Part shown: positions 1 through 13,723 of the stretch, piece after piece
How positions within the stretch are numbered: position 1 is the first letter of the stretch
How the letters are laid out: each line of letters starts with the position of its first letter
NCBI GenBank assembly: GCA_040386535.1
Contig: JAZKFH010000024.1
Location: 64,001 to 128,000 of the forward strand
DNA length: 64,000 nt
From: Myxococcota bacterium
GTDB taxonomy: Bacteria; Myxococcota_A; UBA796; SXON01
Reading direction: 5' to 3'
Notes under the pieces: model-generated
Seen by the model: only the letters and a program-made list of their open reading frames with translations
The model's database searches: none
Told to the model about the DNA's origin: nothing
Position numbers and translations under genes: made by a program

Positions 1-849
1 GCCTTCGGCGGGGGGCACGACCATGCTGATGTGGGTCACCACCACGGGCGACCACGCGCGCTCCTCGCGGAGCGTGACCACGAGCGCCCCCGCCGGGATG
101 CGCGGCACCGCGGCCACGGCCTCGGCGAGGTCGAGGTAGTGGAGGGTCCACTCCCCGAGGGGCAACACGGCGTCGGGCAGCTGGAACAGCCCGCGACGGC
201 GCCACCGCCGCCACACCTCGGGCGTCACGTCCTTGCGGAGCTCGCGGGCGCGGCCGACGCGCGCGGTGATGTCCTCGAGCAGCCCGTTGCGGATCGCGTC
301 CGGGATCCACTGGGCTTCCATGAAGTGGCGCCGGTGATCGTAGGCGGGCCCGCCGGTGTAGCGCAGGGCGTCGCGCACGGCGGGCGCGTAGATCGGGTCT
401 CCGGCGAGCGCGAGCCCCAGGACCTCCTCCACGAACGTGAGGCAGTCGAACGCGTCGTAGCGGCTGGGCGGGTCCGCATCGATGCCGAGGCCCTCTCCCG
501 CCGCGTCGTTCAGGTACGGCAGCCCGAGGAAGCCGCGGCTGGCGATCTCGACGCGCTCGCCAAGCGTGCGGGTCCGCGCTTCCCGAATCGCCGAAATGAC
601 GCCCGGCCCCGGCGTCCACCGCTCGGGCCCGCGCTCGACGGGTACGAACGTGGGCGCGGCGGCGACCGCCCCAGGATCGAGAGACCCGGCGAGCGGCGCG
701 TCGAGCGCAACGTCCGGCCCCCCCGGGAGCGCGCCACCGGCGCCCTCGTCCTCGGGGAACACCTCGGGCGCCGCCGTGGAGTTGGCGAGATCGGGCGCGC
801 CCGACGCCCCCGCGCCTCCGGCTCCGATGACCAACCACAACCACACCAC
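1..849 (-). CDS. DUF1460 / AmiA-like (NlpC/P60 superfamily) peptidoglycan amidase, 3'-truncated at window edge
   Basis: Not in the ORF track; hand-translated from GTG 849. Hydrophobic N-terminus, Pro/acidic linker, then FLGLPY...D.P.RYDAFDCLTFVEEVL...LRY...R.HF...W...VTHISMVV, including the catalytic Cys and His motifs. Confidence 0.8.
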   Translation of the reverse strand, partial: MVWLWLVIGAGGAGASGAPDLANSTAAPEVFPEDEGAGGALPGGPDVALDAPLAGSLDPGAVAAAPTFVPVERGPERWTPGPGVISAIREARTRTLGERVEIASRGFLGLPYLNDAAGEGLGIDADPPSRYDAFDCLTFVEEVLGLALAGDPIYAPAVRDALRYTGGPAYDHRRHFMEAQWIPDAIRNGLLEDITARVGRARELRKDVTPEVWRRWRRRGLFQLPDAVLPLGEWTLHYLDLAEAVAAVPRIPAGALVVTLREERAWSPVVVTHISMVVPPAEG

Positions 850-883
850 GCGAGGCCCCGGTCGGCGGCGCGGGCGGATCCCG

Positions 884-2416
884 CTAGACGCCGAGGCGCT
901 GCTGATATCCCGCGAGCTGTTCCAGCATCGCCTCGAAGCCCTCGACGTCGAGGACCTCGTCCGCGGCGGAGAGCGCGCGCTCGATGAGATCGGAGAGGCC
1001 GCGGTTGAGCAGGCGACGGTGCTCGCCGGCGGGGCGCTTGCGGAGGTTCTTCACCACCTGGGCGACGGGCAGCCGGCCATCAGCCGCCACCTCGACGTTC
1101 TTGAAGAGCGGCGCGAGCGGAACCGAGGTGCCCTCCACGAGCAGCTGCATCCGCGCGGCGCCGGCGCCACGCCCGTCCGCCGCTTCGATGGCGGCGCAGA
1201 TGGTGGCGAGCACGTCATTCGTCACGTCGAGCTTGCGCTGGATCTCCTCGTCGTAGAGCTTCGGACCGGAGAAGTTCAGCGAGACCGCCGACTTCATCAC
1301 GTCCTTGCCCTCGGCGTCCTCCATCTCGATGAGCGTCTCGGTGGACGCGACGAGCTCGGGGCGCGCGGTGTCGAGGGGCGCGCGGTCGGCGGGCGGGCTG
1401 TCGAGCTCTACACGATCGAGCAGCGCCCGGTCCGTGAGGAACGCGCCAGCTTCGCGGACGGTGTCGTAGTCCTGGAACGCGGCGAGGTCGTCCTCCTCCT
1501 CGAAGGACGAGGGCTCCAAGGGCGAGGGCTCGAAGGACGAGGGCGCCTGGGAGAGGGAGACCTCGACCGGCACGGCGGAGTCCTCGACCGGCGCGGGCGC
1601 GACCTCGACCGGCGCGGGCGCGACCTCCTCGATGGACCGGCTCGGCGCGACCGGGGCCAGCGCGACCGGGGCCAGCGCGACCGGGGCGTGCGCAGCCGCC
1701 GGCAGATCGGCGGTGTCCTCGTCAGAGAGGGACTCCTCGTCGACCGGCGGGTTGACCCCGACCAGCTTGCCCTCGTCCAGCATGATGCGGACGTGCTCGA
1801 GGAGGCGCGTGGACTCCCACGGGCTGGCCGCTACGAGCTCGGCCAACCGCTTGCGCGGCGTGCAGCGCGCGACCAGGGTGCGCTCCACCCCGGTGGCCGG
1901 GGGCGTGGCGCCCGGCGCGAGCACCAACAGGGGCTGCCCGACGAGGGGGGCGAGGCGCGCGTGGAGCGCGACCAGCTCGTTCACCAGCGCGCGCGTGTCG
2001 TGCCCGACCTGGATGTTCTCGACGAACACCGCGTCCATCGGCGCGAAGTCCACCCCGCCGTCATCCGCCAGGAACTGGAAGAGGTTCTCGCGGAACCGCT
2101 CGAAGAGCAGCTCCATCAGCAGCTCCTCGGGCATCGAGTCGAACAGGGACTCAAAAAGCCCGGCGCCCGCCGTCATTCCGTCCCGCAGGGCCTGGTGACG
2201 CACCTCGTCGACATGCCCCGCGGCGCGCAGGATCCCGAGCATGCGCTCGTCGTCCAGGTCGCACTGCGCCGCGAGCACCTCGCCCAGCATGACGTACACC
2301 CGGTACCGCACGCCCGCGGACGGATCGCTCGTCAAGCAGCCGGTCTGCCCTGAATCGAGAGTGCCGATCAGGGCGAGGCGCGGGTCCTGTGGGGTCTCAC
2401 CGTTCCGTGACAGCAA
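884..2416 (-). CDS. DUF4388-like domain protein with acidic Pro/Ala-rich linker
   Basis: 510 aa ORF with GC-rich codon usage. N-terminus (QTGCL...VYVMLGEVLAAQ..LDDERMLGIL..AG) resembles DUF4388/PatA-N. Internal APVAL and APAPVE repeats. Start uncertain. Confidence 0.55.
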   Translation of the reverse strand: MLSRNGETPQDPRLALIGTLDSGQTGCLTSDPSAGVRYRVYVMLGEVLAAQCDLDDERMLGILRAAGHVDEVRHQALRDGMTAGAGLFESLFDSMPEELLMELLFERFRENLFQFLADDGGVDFAPMDAVFVENIQVGHDTRALVNELVALHARLAPLVGQPLLVLAPGATPPATGVERTLVARCTPRKRLAELVAASPWESTRLLEHVRIMLDEGKLVGVNPPVDEESLSDEDTADLPAAAHAPVALAPVALAPVAPSRSIEEVAPAPVEVAPAPVEDSAVPVEVSLSQAPSSFEPSPLEPSSFEEEDDLAAFQDYDTVREAGAFLTDRALLDRVELDSPPADRAPLDTARPELVASTETLIEMEDAEGKDVMKSAVSLNFSGPKLYDEEIQRKLDVTNDVLATICAAIEAADGRGAGAARMQLLVEGTSVPLAPLFKNVEVAADGRLPVAQVVKNLRKRPAGEHRRLLNRGLSDLIERALSAADEVLDVEGFEAMLEQLAGYQQRLGV

Positions 2417-2522
2417 CCAGCGCCTCGCTCGGGCACCCGGAAACGGGCGCGCAACGTTGGGCCATCGTACAGACCCGCCGCCGGCCGGTCAACGATGGCC
2501 CGCTCCGCCGGCGCGATCCACC

Positions 2523-3128
2523 TCACGAAGCGGCGAGCAGCTCCGGATCCTCACCGAGCACCGAGAGCAGGCGGTCGCGCGCGCGCGACAACCGGCTCAT
2601 CACCGTGCCCAGCTTGATGGAGAGCGCGCGCGCGATCTCCGCGTACGACATGTCCTCGTAGTAGCGCAGGAGCAGGATCGTGCGGTGGTCCTCTGTGAGC
2701 TGGCCGATCGCCTGGATGATCTCCTCCTGGCGCTCGCTCCCGAACACGACCTCGATCGGGTCGGCCAGGAACTCCTCGCTCCGCGGCACGGAGGCGAGGA
2801 TGCCGTCGCGGCGACGACGATCGCGCACGAGGTTGAAGCACAGGTTCCGCGTCACGCGGTAGAGCCAGGCTTGCATCTTGAAGTCCGCGTCGAAGAAGCG
2901 CGGCTCGCGCATCGCCTTGATGAAGACCTCCTGGACCACGTCGCGCGCCTCCTGGGCATCCTTGAGGATGCAGTAGGCGTGGACGTAGAGGCGCTCGCCG
3001 TACTTGCGGACGAGAAGGTCCACGGACTGCTGCCGGTCGCTGGACGCGACCTCCTTGATGTCCTCGTCGAGCCAGCTGGCGCCCGATGAAGTGGATGGCA
3101 GAGCGTCGCTGGTTCGTGGGGTGATCAT
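2523..3128 (-). CDS. ECF (sigma-70 family) RNA polymerase sigma factor
   Basis: Region 2 (ARDVVQEVFIKA, AWLYRVTRN) and region 4 (LLRYYEDMSYAEIARALSIKLGTVMSRLSRAR). ATG 3128 follows GGAGAG. Confidence 0.93.
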   Translation of the reverse strand: MITPRTSDALPSTSSGASWLDEDIKEVASSDRQQSVDLLVRKYGERLYVHAYCILKDAQEARDVVQEVFIKAMREPRFFDADFKMQAWLYRVTRNLCFNLVRDRRRRDGILASVPRSEEFLADPIEVVFGSERQEEIIQAIGQLTEDHRTILLLRYYEDMSYAEIARALSIKLGTVMSRLSRARDRLLSVLGEDPELLAAS

Positions 3129-3267
3129 GAGCTCTCCTGCGTGCGCCCCGTTGCCGCGCACATTTGAAGTACGCGCCCGATGGCCTCTCCTTGCGACCCC
3201 ATGACACAGCTTGACGAATCGCAGGGGACGGCCCATCCTGGGTGCCGCAGGCAGCGGGAGCGCAGCG

Positions 3268-3543
3268 GTGGAAGCCAAGAGCGGGACCAGTGACGACGTG
3301 GTCGATGTCAGGGCGCTGGTAGAGGCCATCGTCCGGGCCATCGTGGACCACCCCGATCAGGTGTTCCTCACCGAAGTCGAGGGCACCCAGAGCAGCGTGC
3401 TGGAGCTCTCCGTGGCTCCGGACGACGTGGGCAAGGTGATCGGAAAGAAGGGGATCCACGCGGACGCGATTCGACGCATCGTTCACGCCATCGGCGGCAA
3501 GACCAAGAAGCGGTACGTGCTGGAGATCCTGGAACACCGGTGA
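3268..3543 (+). CDS. khpA: KH-domain RNA-binding protein KhpA (UPF0109)
   Basis: LVEAIVRAIVDHPDQV...LELSVAPDDVGKVIGKKG..ADAIR. GTG 3268 follows GGGAG. Confidence 0.9.
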   Translation: MEAKSGTSDDVVDVRALVEAIVRAIVDHPDQVFLTEVEGTQSSVLELSVAPDDVGKVIGKKGIHADAIRRIVHAIGGKTKKRYVLEILEHR

Positions 3544-3606
3544 GCGCCCGCGGCATCCCGCGGTGAGGGCGTGCGGCACCCCGCGGTGAGAACGCGCGGC
3601 ATCCCG
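3538..3606. repeat. 3 x 23-bp imperfect tandem repeat between convergent khpA and hutU
   Basis: cggtgagcgcccgcggcatcccg / cggtgagggcgtgcggcaccccg / cggtgagaacgcgcggcatcccg. Confidence 0.8.
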
Positions 3607-3626
3607 CGGCATCCTCCGCCCCGGCG

Positions 3627-5276
3627 CTACTCCGTGATGCCCGGAATGCGCACGCCGCGCTCGTGGGCCACGTCGATGGCGCGCTCGTAGCCGGCGTCCG
3701 CATGCCGCAGGACGCCCATTCCCGGGTCACCGAGGAGTACACGCTCCAGGCGCCGCGCTGCGGCCTCCGTGCCGTCCGCCACGATGACCTGGCCCGCGTG
3801 CAGGGAGTACCCCATGCCGACGCCGCCGCCGTGGTGGAAGCTCACCCACGATGCGCCGTTGACCGCGTTCACGAGCGCGTTGAGGATGGGCCAGTCGGCC
3901 ACGGCGTCCGTGCCGTCGAGCATGCCCTCGGTCTCCCGGTTGGGGCTCGCGACGCTGCCGCAGTCGAGGTGGTCGCGCCCGATGACGATGGGCGCCTTGA
4001 CGGCACCCGACGCCACGAGCTCGTTGAACCGCAGGCCCGCGAGGTGCCGCTCGCCGTACCCGAGCCAGCAGATGCGCGCGGGGAGCCCCTGGAACTGGAT
4101 GCGCTCGCGCGCCATCGTCAGCCAGCGGCGCAGCCCGACATTGTCGGGAAACAGCTCCAACAGGGCCTCGTCGGTGACGCGGATGTCTTCCGGATCTCCG
4201 GAGAGGGCCACCCAGCGGAAGGGCCCGCGGCCCTCGCAGAACTGGGGGCGGATGTAGGCCGGCACGAACCCGGGGAAGGCGAAGGCGTCGGGCTCGCCGC
4301 CCTCGACCGCACCGGCGCGCAGGTTGTTGCCGTAGTCGAACACGTGGCTGCCCTGGCGCATCAGCACGAGCATGGCGCGCACGTGCGTGGCCATCGAGGC
4401 GTGGGCGCGGCGGGTGTACTCGGCGGGGTCGGCCTCGCGGAGCACCGCGGCCTCGACCAGGGAGAGCCCGGCGGGAATGTAGGCGAGCGGGTCGTGCGCC
4501 GAGGTCTGGTCGGTCACCAGCTCGGGCGCGAGCGTGCTGTCAGCGATGCGCGGCATGAGCTCGGCGGCATTGCCGACGAGGCCGACGGACTTCGCGACCT
4601 TGTCGCGCCGGTACCGGTTCACGCGGGCAATCGCGTCCTCCAGATCGGTCGCGACCTCGTCGAGGTAGCCGGTCTCGATGCGCTTCTGGACGCGCGTGGG
4701 GTCGACGTCGATCGCGAGGCAGACCGCCCCTGCGAACACGGCGGCGAGCGGCTGGGCGCCGCCCATGCCCCCGAGGCCAGCGGTCAGCACCAGCTTCCCC
4801 GCGAGGTCACCACCGAAGTGTTGGCGGCCGGCCTCGGCGAAGGTCTCGTACGTGCCTTGGACGATGCCCTGGGAGCCGATGTAGATCCAGCTCCCGGCGG
4901 TCATCTGGCCGTACATCATGAGGCCTTTGCGCTCGAGCTCGCGGAAGTGCTCCCACGTGGCCCACTTCCCGACGAGGTTCGAGTTGGCGATGAGCACGCG
5001 CGGCGCGTCCGCGTGCGTGCGAACCACGCCCACGGGCTTGCCGGACTGGACGAGCAGGGTCTCGTCGTCCTCCAGGGTCGTCAGACACTGGAGGATGCGG
5101 TCGAACGAGGGCCAGTCGCGGGCGGCCTTTCCGTTGCCGCCGTACACGACCAGGTCCTCGGGGCGTTCGGCCACGTCGGGGTCGAGGTTGTTCTGGATCA
5201 TCCGGAAGGCGGCCTCCTGCACCCACCCACGACAGTGGAGGGTGGAGCCGGTCGGCGCGCGGACGATCCGGGACAT
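3627..5276 (-). CDS. hutU: Urocanate hydratase
   Basis: [79 protein letters not shown]; 549 aa. Confidence 0.98.
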   Translation of the reverse strand: MSRIVRAPTGSTLHCRGWVQEAAFRMIQNNLDPDVAERPEDLVVYGGNGKAARDWPSFDRILQCLTTLEDDETLLVQSGKPVGVVRTHADAPRVLIANSNLVGKWATWEHFRELERKGLMMYGQMTAGSWIYIGSQGIVQGTYETFAEAGRQHFGGDLAGKLVLTAGLGGMGGAQPLAAVFAGAVCLAIDVDPTRVQKRIETGYLDEVATDLEDAIARVNRYRRDKVAKSVGLVGNAAELMPRIADSTLAPELVTDQTSAHDPLAYIPAGLSLVEAAVLREADPAEYTRRAHASMATHVRAMLVLMRQGSHVFDYGNNLRAGAVEGGEPDAFAFPGFVPAYIRPQFCEGRGPFRWVALSGDPEDIRVTDEALLELFPDNVGLRRWLTMARERIQFQGLPARICWLGYGERHLAGLRFNELVASGAVKAPIVIGRDHLDCGSVASPNRETEGMLDGTDAVADWPILNALVNAVNGASWVSFHHGGGVGMGYSLHAGQVIVADGTEAAARRLERVLLGDPGMGVLRHADAGYERAIDVAHERGVRIPGITE

Positions 5277-5512
5277 CAGCTCTCGTCCTCGTCCTGCGCA
5301 CCCTCCTCGGAGTACACGACGCGCCGGTGGCGGTCGTGACCGACCATCTGGATGGTCGACTGCTCGACGTTCTCCGAGCAGTCCTCGAGGCTCTCGACGT
5401 ACGCCGTCAGCTCCTTGAGGTAGGTCTGCTCTCCGGCCGGCTTCTCGCGATCTTCCGCGAGAAAGCGGTCGATCTGGCGGACGTCGAACTTCGCTTCGTT
5501 GATCTTGGACAT
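5276..5512 (-). CDS. Small acidic hypothetical protein
   Basis: 78 aa ORF between rpoZ and hutU; its stop overlaps the hutU start. Motif [10 protein letters not shown]...Y...LEDCSEN. Confidence 0.7.
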   Translation of the reverse strand: MSKINEAKFDVRQIDRFLAEDREKPAGEQTYLKELTAYVESLEDCSENVEQSTIQMVGHDRHRRVVYSEEGAQDEDES

Positions 5513-5530
5513 GGGGGATCCTGGGTGAGG

Positions 5531-5833
5531 CTACGCCTCGGGCGGGAGATCATCGGCGGCGGGGGGGAGCAGATCGTCGACCGAGGGGGGAAGGTCGTTC
5601 GGGCGGAGCTGCTTCTGCACGTTCTCGTTGTCGTCGAAGCCGGTCATGTCCGCTTGGACGTGGCCCACGGCGATCTCGCGCAACGCGGTGACGATCTCCT
5701 TGTTGCTGCGGTCATCGTCGAGGAGCGTGCGCGACCCCTTCATGAGCTGCTTGGTGCGCTCCGCGGTGACGAGCACGAGGGTGAAACGATTCGGGACCTG
5801 CTCCAAGCAGTCCTCGACGGTGATGCGCGCCAT
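5531..5833 (-). CDS. rpoZ: RNA polymerase omega subunit
   Basis: [30 protein letters not shown]...[13 protein letters not shown]. Confidence 0.96.
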   Translation of the reverse strand: MARITVEDCLEQVPNRFTLVLVTAERTKQLMKGSRTLLDDDRSNKEIVTALREIAVGHVQADMTGFDDNENVQKQLRPNDLPPSVDDLLPPAADDLPPEA

Positions 5834-5867
5834 GCGGTACCTCTCTGGGACCCTGCCGGCTATCGCT

Positions 5868-6476
5868 TCATGCCGCCCGGCGCAACATGTCCATGCGGGC
5901 GTGCCCGGTCCGTCGATAGAACCCGCGCAGCTCCGCCAGCAGCGCGCTCACGTCCCGGTGCCGCTCCAGCCGCTCGCAGTAGCGGTCGGCGAGCCTTCCC
6001 GCCTCGCGATACCGGTCCCGCTCGTCGCCGTCGAGCCCCTCGGCGAGCGTCGCGTCGTGGAACAGGCGCCGCCGGAGCGCGGGGTCGGGCCCCACGTGCA
6101 GCCGCGCCGTCACGTACTTGTCGACCTCGGCCTGGGTCTCGAGCTCGAGCAGCGACACGGTCTCCTCGCGGGCCGCGCGGCGCACCAGCAGCAGGAAGTG
6201 GCTCACGCCCTCCGTCACGGTGCACCACGCCGGGAGCGCGTCGCGTACGGCCTCGGCGGGCGTCCGGGCGTCCACCGCGCTGATGTCGTCGGCGTGCAGG
6301 TATACGCCGATGTCCACATCCTCGTCCGCCTGCCGCACCAGCACCCACTCCCGCGCCGGGCGCGCGGTGGCGCCGAGCAGCTGGTGCACGTCCGCGGCGT
6401 CCACGAGGTAGTCGCGGATGTCGGGCGCCTCGATGTCGTAGATGGCCTGGAGGTGACGCTGGATGAGCGCGATCAT
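5868..6476 (-). CDS. Hypothetical protein with degenerate zincin-like motif
   Basis: ATG 6476 overlaps the upstream stop (ATGA). Motif EGVSHF...SLLELETQAEVDKY. Confidence 0.75.
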   Translation of the reverse strand: MIALIQRHLQAIYDIEAPDIRDYLVDAADVHQLLGATARPAREWVLVRQADEDVDIGVYLHADDISAVDARTPAEAVRDALPAWCTVTEGVSHFLLLVRRAAREETVSLLELETQAEVDKYVTARLHVGPDPALRRRLFHDATLAEGLDGDERDRYREAGRLADRYCERLERHRDVSALLAELRGFYRRTGHARMDMLRRAA

Positions 6477-7072
6477 CCCGAGCCGACCGTGCGCGTCGGC
6501 ACGAGTCCCAGCTGGCGCAACCGCTCCGCGACGCGCGGCGATCCGCTCGCGAGCCACTCCTCGTAGAGGCGCACGATGTCGGTGTCCGAGCGCTCGCGCG
6601 TCTCGTCTCGCACCTCCGCGATGACCTCCACGCACGCGGGGTACCGCTCGGCCAGCTCGGCGAAAATCTCCGCGAAGCCTCCGTTCCGGGTGTCGAGCAG
6701 GCGCTCGAGGGAGCGGTACGCGGTCTCGCCCATCCGCGCGCAGTAGTCGCGCGAGATCTTGCGGCGTTCGAGGTGCTCGCGGAAGAACCCCGTGAGCAGG
6801 AGCGAGCGGTCCCCGAGCTTCCGCCAGAGGGAGACCGCCTCGGGGGGCGCCGCCATCACCGCGCGGTGCCGCAGCTCCACGAGGGTCGGGTCCCCGTCGT
6901 CATTGCCCTCGTCCTCGCGACGCGCCTGTTCGGCGAGCAGGCTCGACAGGTAGTAGACCGCGTTCTCGCTCACCGGCGCCCGTTGATGGTGCACCGCGCT
7001 CTCCACGCGCTCGTGAAAGAAGTCGAAGAGGTTTCCTTCCGTGACCAGGGCTGCCGCCTCCGTCCTGCTCAT
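6473..7072 (-). CDS. Hypothetical helical protein, partner of the downstream gene
   Basis: 199 aa with a GGAGG RBS. Motifs YYLSSLL, RKLGDRSLLLTGFF, MGETAY, FAELAE. Confidence 0.75.
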   Translation of the reverse strand: MSRTEAAALVTEGNLFDFFHERVESAVHHQRAPVSENAVYYLSSLLAEQARREDEGNDDGDPTLVELRHRAVMAAPPEAVSLWRKLGDRSLLLTGFFREHLERRKISRDYCARMGETAYRSLERLLDTRNGGFAEIFAELAERYPACVEVIAEVRDETRERSDTDIVRLYEEWLASGSPRVAERLRQLGLVPTRTVGSG

Positions 7073-7161
7073 GACGCCTCCAGATCGTGGTGAAAAACGC
7101 CCGTCCGGGGGGCGGCCACGGGTGCCGCCCGCATCCGAGAAAAAATCTTCGCGCCTCGCGT

Positions 7162-7190
7162 CTTGACCGCGACCGGGGCCGTGCCTACCT
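7162..7190 (+). promoter_or_regulatory. Candidate heat-shock (RpoH-like) promoter of groESL
   Basis: CTTGAC-N16-CCTACCT upstream of groES resembles sigma-32-type CTTGAA...CC(C/T)AT promoters. No CIRCE seen. Confidence 0.35.
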
Positions 7191-7318
7191 GACGGGCGCC
7201 CCGGATTGGGTTCGCCGTGAACCCGGTCAGCAAACCAACCTCCATCCCCCCGCGGGGTTCTCCTCTGGATGAACCCCCGATGACCTCGCGATCCTCCGGA
7301 CGCGAGCTCGGAGTGAAG

Positions 7319-9312
<1,994 letters not shown>

Positions 9313-9370
9313 CTAGTCCAGTCCGCGATCTGGCGGGCACTCCTCCGGGGGGGCCTCCCTGATCGATGGA

Positions 9371-9413
9371 GGCCCTCGCACCGCTTCGGCGGGGCGGGGG
9401 TCGTCTCTTTTTT
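9371..9413 (+). terminator. Rho-independent terminator of groESL
   Basis: GC stem closed by a cUUCGg loop (ccgc-ttcg-gcgg), followed by a T-run. A second hairpin lies at 9351-9375. Confidence 0.75.
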
Positions 9414-9467
9414 GGCCGTCCCGTTTCTGCGAGGGGCGCGGTTTCTATGAGGGCGGCAAGACGCGCG

Positions 9468-10016
9468 TCAGGGAGAAGGGCTGGCGGTCGCGATCTTCTG
9501 CGGGAAGTAGTACCGGGCCCCGATCGCCGCGTCGAAGGTGCCGATCGTCGCCGGGTACAGGCCGATGCCGGGCGCCAGCTCGACGAAGGCCTCGAGGGGC
9601 ACGCCGTCGTGGATGAACGACATGCCGATGGGCACCCGGATGCCGATCCCCACGCTCTCCTGGGTGCTCAGCGTGTAGGGGGAGTCGCCGACGCGGATGC
9701 GCGGACCGAGCCCGAGGTACACGGGGAAGTGCACGTCCTCGATCTCGTCGGTGCGCAGGTCGGCGAGGCGCAACAACACGTCGGCGTGCATGTGCAGGGT
9801 GCCCTGGTCGAAGCTCCAGGCCAGCGCGCCGTCGTAATAGACGCCGCCCTTGGCGGGCCGCCAGGCGGCAGAGAACCCCGTGGGCAGGCCGAGGAGGATC
9901 CCGAGCCCGAAGCCCCCGACGTCCCGGTTCAACGTAGGCTCCGTCGGCGGGGGCATCTTGAACGAGGGCGTGCCCTCCTGCGCCCAAACGAGGCCCACCA
10001 GCATCATCCCGAGCAC
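9468..10016 (-). CDS. Small outer-membrane beta-barrel protein (DUF3996-like)
   Basis: Signal peptide, FGLGILLG.PTG, GIRVPIG, PLEAFVELAPG, GARYYF; alternating beta-strand pattern. Confidence 0.7.
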   Translation of the reverse strand: MLGMMLVGLVWAQEGTPSFKMPPPTEPTLNRDVGGFGLGILLGLPTGFSAAWRPAKGGVYYDGALAWSFDQGTLHMHADVLLRLADLRTDEIEDVHFPVYLGLGPRIRVGDSPYTLSTQESVGIGIRVPIGMSFIHDGVPLEAFVELAPGIGLYPATIGTFDAAIGARYYFPQKIATASPSP

Positions 10017-10019
10017 GCC

Positions 10020-10639
10020 CTACTCCAGCGGTCGCTCCAGCGCGTCGAGCACGGCCCCGTCCTGGTACACCACGACGAGACGGCGCACGATCGGCCCCAG
10101 CTCCGCATCGGCGAGGTAGCCGCGCCAGCGCCGATCGCCCACAACGCTGCGAAAGGAAAAGCCGTGCCGGAGCGCATCGAGCAGATGCGACTCGAACGCG
10201 GGCGCGTCCCGGCGACGCCCCGCCACGTCCGCGAGCCGGAAGTGGCCCGCCCACTGGTCGGGCGCGAGCCGCACGACCTCGCGGAAGTCGGCCTCCGCGC
10301 CGTCGAGCTCCTCGGCGGAGAGCAGCACCTCGCCGCGATCGTAGCGGGCCGCCACCAACGTGGGGTCGAGGGCCACCGCGCGATCCAGCCAGCGGCGGGC
10401 GTCCTTCGACTCTCCCGCGAGGCGGCTCGCCAGCCCGAGCTCGTAGGCGAGGCGCGCGTCCGCACCGATCTGACGCTCCCACTTCTTCGCGAAGTCGGTG
10501 GCCGGACCGAGGCCCTCCTGCCGCGCCAGCCGCGACACCTCGTCGGCCGCGGCGGCCATCAGCGTGTCGCGGTAGTCGGGCGGCGGGATCTCCGCGCGCG
10601 CAGCAGGGAGCCCGAGCGCGAGGAGCAGCACGGACACGA

Positions 10640-10643
<4 letters not shown>
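10020..10643 (-). CDS. Secreted tetratricopeptide-repeat protein
   Basis: Signal peptide ending ARA; TPR patterns RAVALDP, ARYDRGEV, VRLAPD. ATG overlaps the upstream stop. Confidence 0.8.
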
Positions 10644-13666
<3,023 letters not shown>

Positions 13667-13723
13667 CAGGACCTCCGCGTGACACTACGATGGCCGACGT
13701 ATCATCGCCCCGCCGGGTCACCT

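Noticed and set aside
1560..1690. 15- and 21-bp tandem repeats as a non-coding element
   Set aside because: They are in-frame repeats encoding the Pro/Ala/Val linker of the 884-2416 protein.
3538..3606. Mini-CRISPR
   Set aside because: The variable part is only about 5 nt; there are no spacer-length unique sequences.
7073..7318. CIRCE operator upstream of groES
   Set aside because: No TTAGCACTC-N9-GAGTGCTAA match seen.
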